Assembly: GCA_016934225.1 (NCBI GenBank)
Contig: JAFGTH010000113.1
Coordinates: 1-32,423 of the forward strand
Reading direction: 5' to 3'
Length of the DNA stretch: 32,423 nucleotides
Source: Lentisphaerota bacterium
GTDB lineage: Bacteria; Verrucomicrobiota; Kiritimatiellia; UBA8416; JAFGTH01
Below, in pieces: positions 26,308 through 32,423 of this stretch. Numbering within the stretch: position 1 is the first letter of the stretch; every line of letters begins with the position of its first letter. The position numbers and the translations under genes were made by a program. Under the pieces are notes generated by a model, which worked only from the letters and a program-made list of their open reading frames with translations, searched no databases and was not told the origin of the DNA.

Positions 26308-27782
26308 CTCTTTTTGCCGTCTTTCTTCTTCTCCGCCCCCGCTTTTTTGACTAATTCGGACGATGACGGAGTATATGCCTCTTCGCCGGGTTCTTGCACT
26401 TCCGCAAGTAACCTGGCGACAATATCCATGGAAGTCAAACCTTCGGAATCGGCCGCGAAGTTGGTGCCGATGCGATGGCGAAGAACCGGAATGGCCGCGC
26501 GCCGGATATCGTTGCAGCTCACATGAATACGTCCCTCAAGAACAGCCATTGCCTTTGCGGCCAGCACCATGTTCTGCCCGGCGCGAGGACCTGCTCCGTT
26601 TGACACATATTTCCTGGTAATTTCCGGTGATTCCTCATTGCCCGGTCGCGTCGCCCTTACCAGCTTTATTACATATTTGACGACATGATCGGATACGGGA
26701 ATCTTTTTTACCACCTGCTGAAGCTGAATTACTTCCTCCTTGCTAAGGATGGTTTGCGGTTCGGCTTGATTGCCCGTCGTGGTCGAACCGATGATCTGTT
26801 CCTCTTCATGTTGAAGAGGATAATCAACCCATATGTTGAACATGAAACGGTCAAGCTGGGCTTCCGGAAGCGGATACGTTCCTTCCTGTTCAATCGGGTT
26901 CTGAGTGGCGAGCACAAAGAATGGCTTGTCCAGAGTATAAGTCGTATTACCGGCGGTAACCCGTTTCTCTTGCATGGCTTCCAACAGCGCGGCTTGAGTT
27001 TTCGGCGGCGTTCGGTTGATTTCGTCAGCAAGAAGCATGTTGCAGAAAATGGGTCCTTTGATGAATCTGAACTCCTTTTCTCCCGTCTCCTTGTTTGTTT
27101 CGAGAACATCTGATCCTATGATATCGGTCGGCATTAAATCAGGTGTGAATTGCACGCGTTTGAATTGCATGTTCAATACTTTTGCGATTGTGCTCACCAT
27201 GAGCGTTTTTGCCATTCCCGGCAACCCTATTAAAAGGGCATGTCCGCCGGCAATAATGCACATCAATACTTGATCCAGAACATCCCTTTGGCCGACAATC
27301 ACCTTCCCGACTTCGTTGCGAATGGCATCTGCCCGACGACTCATTTGACGGACAAGATCAACATCTTCTTCCGAGGCTCCGGTGTCGCCCCCGGATTGCG
27401 CCTTTCGGGCGGCGGTCGCCGCAATGGGCGCCGTTTCGACCTCAGCCGGAGATGATTCGGGAGCGGGTTCGGCCATTATAGCTTCTGCGGGCGCGCCGTT
27501 ACCGGAAAAGGAAAATAACGTGTCGCCAATACCGACTACATCGCCATCGTTCAAAAGGTGCGTTTGCGCCGGATTACCGTTCACAGTAGTGCCGTTTGAG
27601 CTTTGAAGATCAATGATGTGCCAGGCGCCCTCTTGCATGCTTAATTGCGCGTGACGACCGGAAATCTGTTCGTCGTTAATTACCAAGTCTGCTTCTTTGG
27701 ATCTGCCCAATACAACACCTGTGCTAGGCAGCTCCAATTTATGACCTGTGAACGGACCTTGCAAAAAGACGATTTCTGCCAT
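26304..27782 (-). CDS. FHA domain fused to a MoxR-type AAA+ ATPase
   Basis: The N-terminal ~95 aa form an FHA domain (VVLGRSKEADLVINDEQISGRHAQL...IIDLQSSNGTTVNG). A P/A/E-rich linker follows. The MoxR core has Walker A LIGLPGMAKT, Walker B/sensor LLADEINRTPPKTQAALLEAMQE, and VLATQNPIEQEGTYPLPEAQLDRF. The C-terminal tail is Lys-rich (KKAGAEKKKDGKKR). Confidence 0.85.
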   Translation of the reverse strand: MAEIVFLQGPFTGHKLELPSTGVVLGRSKEADLVINDEQISGRHAQLSMQEGAWHIIDLQSSNGTTVNGNPAQTHLLNDGDVVGIGDTLFSFSGNGAPAEAIMAEPAPESSPAEVETAPIAATAARKAQSGGDTGASEEDVDLVRQMSRRADAIRNEVGKVIVGQRDVLDQVLMCIIAGGHALLIGLPGMAKTLMVSTIAKVLNMQFKRVQFTPDLMPTDIIGSDVLETNKETGEKEFRFIKGPIFCNMLLADEINRTPPKTQAALLEAMQEKRVTAGNTTYTLDKPFFVLATQNPIEQEGTYPLPEAQLDRFMFNIWVDYPLQHEEEQIIGSTTTGNQAEPQTILSKEEVIQLQQVVKKIPVSDHVVKYVIKLVRATRPGNEESPEITRKYVSNGAGPRAGQNMVLAAKAMAVLEGRIHVSCNDIRRAAIPVLRHRIGTNFAADSEGLTSMDIVARLLAEVQEPGEEAYTPSSSELVKKAGAEKKKDGKKR

Positions 27783-27817
27783 GACTATGGAACCCCCTTA
27801 GCTCTATCGGTTTTCGA

Positions 27818-28570
27818 CTAGAGATTGATTTCTCCAAGATTTTTGATTTTGTTGGTTACACGTATTCCCTGTAGCGAGTTGCTGAAATGATGAACACATG
27901 AAGCGTCTTGCGGAATCACCCAAAGTGGATACAGATCTCTTGCGCGGATAATTTGCCATCCCGGTCCAACATCCTTAAGCATAACAAGTTTGAACGTGCG
28001 CCTGTAATCGTCAACAGGGCCGGCGTACACAAGAGACTGCTTGTTGCGGAGATACGTGCAAATTGCTCTGGCCAGATTTCCACGGCCAGTTTCGCCTTCG
28101 ACCCTGTGCACAGTCTTAACAGACCAAAACGGCTCGGATTGCTGTATGGACTTGGCAATGTTGTCGGTATCCGTTTTCGTGAGAGTGCTTTCACCTCTGT
28201 AGAGGGCCAACCCCTCAAAAAAACGCGATTTAAAGATCAGTATGATGTCATATTTCTGAGACGGCAATCCGTTGAATGAGAACTCGCGTTTGTTGGGTCC
28301 GAACACTTCGGCTTTGTAAACCATTCCGGGTTCATCCTGATTGACTGCCAATGCCTGCGAAATCGGTTCTTCGATGTTCGTTACCACCCCTCGAATACCG
28401 CCGGTTGCCGAAGGATCCGGCTTGGTATAAAGACGAGACCGTTCTTGTTCATTTGACGTCTCATCCCATAGCTTGGATTGGGCATGGGTAAAAGAGGGGC
28501 ATACGAACAAAATTGCCATTATTAAAACGGTCAATTTGTAGCACATAATGCTTGTATCAATTTTACACAT
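27818..28570 (-). CDS. Secreted hypothetical protein
   Basis: The signal peptide is (MCKIDTSI)MCYKLTVLIMAILFVCPSFTHA-QS. I recognise no family for the mature ~220-aa protein. The ATG at 28570 lies 1 nt after the upstream stop; an ATG at 28546 is also possible. The track start at 28675 would overlap the upstream gene by 104 nt. Confidence 0.6.
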   Translation of the reverse strand: MCKIDTSIMCYKLTVLIMAILFVCPSFTHAQSKLWDETSNEQERSRLYTKPDPSATGGIRGVVTNIEEPISQALAVNQDEPGMVYKAEVFGPNKREFSFNGLPSQKYDIILIFKSRFFEGLALYRGESTLTKTDTDNIAKSIQQSEPFWSVKTVHRVEGETGRGNLARAICTYLRNKQSLVYAGPVDDYRRTFKLVMLKDVGPGWQIIRARDLYPLWVIPQDASCVHHFSNSLQGIRVTNKIKNLGEINL

Positions 28571-28571
28571 C

Positions 28572-30851
28572 TTACTTGCGCTTTGCTGCTGCTCGCAGTT
28601 CCGGGATGACTGTATGATTTGGAAGCCGTTTTTCCGCTTCCTTGACGAGTTCGTCCAGTTTCTGCATGGGCTCATTCATCTTGATCATGCAATCAGCAAT
28701 CATTCTGAAAGCATCAGGAAGATCGTTTGTCATATCAACAGCTTTTGCGTAGGCTTCCAACGCCTTGCGTGCTCTGGCGTAATCCCCGATCTTCATGTAA
28801 AATTTCGCTTCAGTCACAATATAATTGCCTGCGATTTTCGTCAAAGGAAATTCCTGTTCCCATGTCTGTAATGCGACAAAAGCTTCGCGCATATATCCTT
28901 CGTCAATCAATTTGCGGATCGTTTCAGCGCCCGCCGTCTCGCGAACCGCTCCGATGCGCCAATCCGGCGTGATATGCCCGCCGCGCAAACTGATTCGAGC
29001 TGGATTGGGTGAAACGGATCCCGATCCGTTTCGAACTATTTCGGAATGTTTGACCCTGTCTTGAACCTGCCCGTACAATTCCACAGCCTTGTTGTAATCG
29101 CCAGCCAGAAATTCGACATCGCCCAGTCGAATTCGCGCCAGGTTCGCCAGTCTTCCCAATCCGCTGATTGATCTCAATAGCATGCTGCGCGCTTCCTTAA
29201 GATTGTCGAATCGGTACATAAGGACCTCGGCTTTCATCAGGTCGAGTTCTTTGCGCCGCTCCGCCGATTTTTCCGCCTTCCTTACCTGATCCAGCCAGGT
29301 CAAACATTTTTCCGGACTCTTGTATGAGAACCATTGATAAAATACATCTTCAATGATCCTCATGCGTTCCGGATCCAATGCCTTTTTCATGGCCTCCCAT
29401 TTCCTGGTTCCGAAAATTTCGGCAAGAATTAATTTGCTTGTGCCGGGTTCCAGAAGATCCAGGAACGTTTGCCATGTGCGCGGCGACCATGTTGCCGTTG
29501 GATTTCCATCGGATGGAAACGCGCGTAACATATTGAAATAGGCGTTTCTGAATGTTTCTTGAGTGGAAGAATTGTTGAGGTCTGAAAACAAGCCTTCTTC
29601 AAAAGCAAACACCGGTACGGTGCAGACGGATTTGGCATTTCCTTCAAAGGCCGTCAGTGAAATTGCGGTCTCCCGAAACCATGGCAATAACCAGGTGATT
29701 ACATCATCTTCAATCGTGGCATTATCACTGAGCTGCCAGATATATTTTGTATTCTTCGGATTTCCGTCCTTCATCGCGGCCAGTTCGTAAATCAGGTATG
29801 GTTTGTCATCACCGAACCACAAAACCTCTTTCGCGCGCGCCGTAAAACATGCCGTCGGTTTTCCGTCACGAGATTCGATGGATTTCACTTTGCCTGCGCC
29901 GGATCGCACGATTTCATCGTTTCGAAACCGGCGCGCAGCCCACATTGCAGTACCGGCCATGGAGAGATCATCAGGCCGTGTTCCTCCAAGTTCGGCATCG
30001 GAAGTGTTCGGAGTGCGCAATGCGAGCAGAAAATTGGAGAATTCGCTCCGCGGATCATTGGCATGATAGATATCGAGTTTGTGCAAACCGGATTTGAGTT
30101 CGATCCATGCGCCGGTGCCGCCGGATTTGGGTGATTCCTTGCGGGGCGTTATTCTATTGCCGTCTATAAATACCTCCACAATATCTGCTTTTGCCTCAGC
30201 CTGATTTTTGCCTTGAAAAACAATGGGAGCAATCCATGTTCGTCCCGGATTTCTCGTGACAAAGTAGCCGGACAAACGAGCAGCGTACGGTTGGCCGTCA
30301 TATTCCTTCAATTGCCTGGTCAGATCGGATGATATCGCCATTGGGTCGTCCTTCGCGACGAAATGCCTTCTGAACTGAGTACTGTTCTTTGCCGGCCCCA
30401 TCTGAATCTGCTTGGCAGCCGCTGTTGAGGCGCGACCGGTCTGAATATAACACAATACGCTCGGAGTAAGGTCCGAATCGGTCGGGAAAATATTGGGTTG
30501 ATTGCCACCTTTGATATATATAAGGACATCACCATCTGTCGGTTTCCCGTAAAGAACAACAAAACCGTATGTGCGGTTTTGGTACAGACAGTAACTGTCA
30601 ATCTCCCGTCCGGATGCGTCAATAACCACCGATATGGGCGCGGGACCGGGCAGGATCCCTCCATCTGGAATGGTCACAAAATAACCCGCGGAATCAACAG
30701 ACGGTTTTTGCGTGTGTGACACCCTAAACCGCAGCGGAGCGTCCTGAACATGCCATTGTGTGTTCTCAGCGCCTGCAACCAATGACGCGTAAAACAAAAG
30801 CATGCATGCCGTGTGTATCGGTAGCCTGCGGTTCTTCTTTAATTTACCCAT
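28572..30851 (-). CDS. Large secreted protein: N-terminal beta-rich region (possible PA14-like module) plus C-terminal TPR-like helical repeats
   Basis: The signal peptide from the ATG at 30851 is MGKLKKNRRLPIHTACMLLFYASLVAGA. The mid-region ARLSGYFVTRNPGRTW...VEVFIDGNRI...WIELKSGLHKLDIYH resembles PA14 (weak match). The C-terminal third has TPR-like units (LGDVEFLAGDYNKAVELYGQV, EAKFYMKIGDYARARKALEAYAKAV). Confidence 0.65.
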   Translation of the reverse strand: MGKLKKNRRLPIHTACMLLFYASLVAGAENTQWHVQDAPLRFRVSHTQKPSVDSAGYFVTIPDGGILPGPAPISVVIDASGREIDSYCLYQNRTYGFVVLYGKPTDGDVLIYIKGGNQPNIFPTDSDLTPSVLCYIQTGRASTAAAKQIQMGPAKNSTQFRRHFVAKDDPMAISSDLTRQLKEYDGQPYAARLSGYFVTRNPGRTWIAPIVFQGKNQAEAKADIVEVFIDGNRITPRKESPKSGGTGAWIELKSGLHKLDIYHANDPRSEFSNFLLALRTPNTSDAELGGTRPDDLSMAGTAMWAARRFRNDEIVRSGAGKVKSIESRDGKPTACFTARAKEVLWFGDDKPYLIYELAAMKDGNPKNTKYIWQLSDNATIEDDVITWLLPWFRETAISLTAFEGNAKSVCTVPVFAFEEGLFSDLNNSSTQETFRNAYFNMLRAFPSDGNPTATWSPRTWQTFLDLLEPGTSKLILAEIFGTRKWEAMKKALDPERMRIIEDVFYQWFSYKSPEKCLTWLDQVRKAEKSAERRKELDLMKAEVLMYRFDNLKEARSMLLRSISGLGRLANLARIRLGDVEFLAGDYNKAVELYGQVQDRVKHSEIVRNGSGSVSPNPARISLRGGHITPDWRIGAVRETAGAETIRKLIDEGYMREAFVALQTWEQEFPLTKIAGNYIVTEAKFYMKIGDYARARKALEAYAKAVDMTNDLPDAFRMIADCMIKMNEPMQKLDELVKEAEKRLPNHTVIPELRAAAKRK

Positions 30852-30894
30852 ATTAAACCCGTCCCCAATTCTTGTTTTCTTGCGATCACACATG

Positions 30895-30919
30895 TTTCAC
30901 AGGATAACATATTGTGAAA
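30895..30919. promoter_or_regulatory. Inverted repeat TTTCACA-N11-TGTGAAA just upstream of the TPR-protein gene
   Basis: Read directly: tttcaca at 30895-30901 and tgtgaaa at 30913-30919. It lies in the 85-127 nt gap between the acidic-protein stop (30979) and the next start (30851, or 30893 per the ORF track). Confidence 0.3.
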
Positions 30920-30978
30920 TATTATTCAAAAAACCATATTTTACTATTATGCGCGTTGTCCTCCTTTACTCAGCAAGC

Positions 30979-32423
30979 TTAAATAGCCTCGTTCAACGCT
31001 TTGTAATACTTGCTCACCAAATCGCGGTATTGCTGGGGAGCTTCATCAGCGCCTCCTTCAACAACACCGTCAAGCATGGATAATCCGCTGCCGGAATCGA
31101 GCGCCGATGATGTTCCTGCCCTGAGTTCGGTTTGGGCCTTTTTGAGCGAAGCGGCGGCTTTTCTTTTAAGTTCGGCAATTTCGCCAATGGGGCGCGATTC
31201 AGCTATGGCGTCCGCTGCCTGTCTTATATGATGAGCGGCTTGTTTCAAAGAAGGCGCCCTGACGTTTTTGATGGATGCCTGATCATACATCCGCTCCACT
31301 TGTGTCATGAGAGCCTTCATACCGTCTTCGCCGCCGCTCATGGTGGTGTCCATTCTTTTGGCCCCACCGGTGCCGTCTCCGAATCCATCGGCTCGACCCG
31401 TGCCCTGTTTTCCGCCGCCGGACGCCATTGTATCGGCTTCGCCTTCCACATCAACTTGCCCGCTCTGTGTTGGATCCTGAGTCCGCCGTTGTTCGATATT
31501 CTTGTCGCCTTCCTGAATGGTGCCGGATCCCGCTGCAGTCTCGCCGTTGGACATACCCTGCCGCCCCACATTTGATCGTCCGTCCTGCTCTTTGTGATCC
31601 GGCTTCTTATTGTCTGATTTTCCTTTCGCGGCAAATATTGCCGTATCGCCCTCCTGAAGAGCATTGCCCATTTCGCAATCCGATTTCGCTCGGTTTATTG
31701 CACCGTCGTTGGCTTTGGCCTGATCTTCCGGATCTTCGCTTTCTTCAAGAAGATCGCTGATCAAATCTTCCGTTTTTGTCTCCAGCGCGCCAAGTGCCAC
31801 ACCCTCTTCCGGCATTTCTTCTTGGTCCATTGCCTCGACGTTTACCTTGGTGGTGTCCGGCTGCGCGGTAAGCCACATCTCCAGATCGTCTATGCGCTCC
31901 TCTGCCTGTTCGAGATCCTTGAGGAAATCAAGCGACTCTTTTTTTGCGTATTCTTCTTCTTTGATTTGATTATTCTGAAGCGCTTCTTCCGAGCCTGCTT
32001 TCTGTTCGACTTCCTGGAAAATACTGATGAGATCTTCAACAATATCGTTGGCGCAATTAAGTTCCATGTAAATGTGAAGATCGGTAGGCACTTTAAGCAA
32101 CGCATCCTTGCTCTTTTTGATTAGAGCCATGTATTCCTCTTCCATCATATCCAATTCTTTGGAGTCCAGATTCTTGTTTGCTTTGATTATATCCATCTGT
32201 TCCTGGGCTTTGGCATGCAATTCCTTGATTTTGGCTATTTTTCCGTTCACTTCTTCAAGAACCTCTTGGATTTCTTCCATCTTTTCTTCTTCTGCTGCGG
32301 CTTGCGTGGCGCCAAGCATGTCTTCAATAACCCGTAGTTTTTCGAGAGCCGAATTACCGTGCTTGACCGCCTCTTCGGCAACGCTGTTCTCAAGATTTTC
32401 CGCAGCCAACAACATGTCCTCCC
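30979..32423 (-). CDS. Highly acidic coiled-coil / low-complexity protein (possibly DUF4175-like); N-terminus may lie beyond the right edge
   Basis: A 478-aa ORF runs from the ATG at 32415, but the frame stays open to the window edge, and the GGGAGGA directly abutting this ATG is too close to act as its Shine-Dalgarno sequence. The E/D/K-rich heptad-like N-terminal half is followed by a G/D/Q-rich disordered middle. The conserved-looking C-terminal end is PQQYRDLVSKYYKALNEAI. Confidence 0.65.
   Translation of the reverse strand, partial: EDMLLAAENLENSVAEEAVKHGNSALEKLRVIEDMLGATQAAAEEEKMEEIQEVLEEVNGKIAKIKELHAKAQEQMDIIKANKNLDSKELDMMEEEYMALIKKSKDALLKVPTDLHIYMELNCANDIVEDLISIFQEVEQKAGSEEALQNNQIKEEEYAKKESLDFLKDLEQAEERIDDLEMWLTAQPDTTKVNVEAMDQEEMPEEGVALGALETKTEDLISDLLEESEDPEDQAKANDGAINRAKSDCEMGNALQEGDTAIFAAKGKSDNKKPDHKEQDGRSNVGRQGMSNGETAAGSGTIQEGDKNIEQRRTQDPTQSGQVDVEGEADTMASGGGKQGTGRADGFGDGTGGAKRMDTTMSGGEDGMKALMTQVERMYDQASIKNVRAPSLKQAAHHIRQAADAIAESRPIGEIAELKRKAAASLKKAQTELRAGTSSALDSGSGLSMLDGVVEGGADEAPQQYRDLVSKYYKALNEAI

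Noticed and set aside
30590-30640. Possible VWA/MIDAS motif (VVIDASGRE) near the N-terminus of the 759-aa secreted protein
   Set aside because: It is only a partial DxSxS match because the second Ser is missing. The flanking sequence looks all-beta rather than the alternating alpha/beta pattern of a VWA fold. Coordinates are approximate. I do not claim this as the missing MoxR partner.
30935-30966. Orphan Shine-Dalgarno-like AAGGAGGA (minus strand) and a 3-codon ORF (MVF*) in the gap upstream of the TPR-protein gene
   Set aside because: No ATG, GTG or TTG lies 5-12 nt downstream of the Shine-Dalgarno sequence. The only nearby ATG is about 21 nt away and opens a 3-codon ORF. There is no support for a leader peptide.
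1-32423. Mobile elements, CRISPR arrays, tRNA/rRNA genes, toxin-antitoxin or known defence systems
   Set aside because: No transposase, integrase or recombinase motifs were seen. There are no spaced direct-repeat arrays. No intergenic gap is long enough, or structured appropriately, for a tRNA or rRNA. No nuclease, helicase or methylase combinations typical of defence islands were seen.

Overview
This is a bacterial chromosomal window with about 26 protein-coding genes. I saw no rRNA, tRNA, CRISPR array, transposase or integrase. All product calls come from motif recognition by eye; no database search was possible.

The window has four blocks:
1. nt 1-1029: two tandem paralogous lipoprotein genes of no family I recognise. 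The first is cut by the left edge.
2. nt 1190-17228: a surface-glycan biosynthesis locus of about 16 kb. It encodes four glycosyltransferases (GT4 x2, GT8, GT2), a Wzx-like flippase, a hexapeptide acetyltransferase, an SGNH hydrolase, an AsnB-type amidotransferase, an SDR epimerase/dehydratase, two SAM methyltransferases, an 885-aa orphan polytopic membrane protein and a PHP-like orphan.
3. nt 17516-25052: the distal end of the division/cell-wall (dcw) cluster, in the order murC-murB (fused into one ORF), ddl, ftsQ, ftsA, ftsZ. The gene ahead of it, and translationally coupled to it, is a GtrB/ArnC-like polyprenyl-phosphate glycosyltransferase rather than murG.
4. nt 25039-32423, minus strand: a tightly packed string running into the right edge. 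In transcription order it encodes an acidic coiled-coil protein, a large secreted beta-rich/TPR protein, a small secreted protein, an FHA-MoxR AAA+ fusion, and a LarA-family (DUF2088) enzyme whose start overlaps the MoxR stop (ATGA).

Block 4 is my best candidate for an undescribed system. The lipoprotein pair, the MurC-MurB fusion and the GtrB-like/large-membrane-protein pairing are the other items worth following up.
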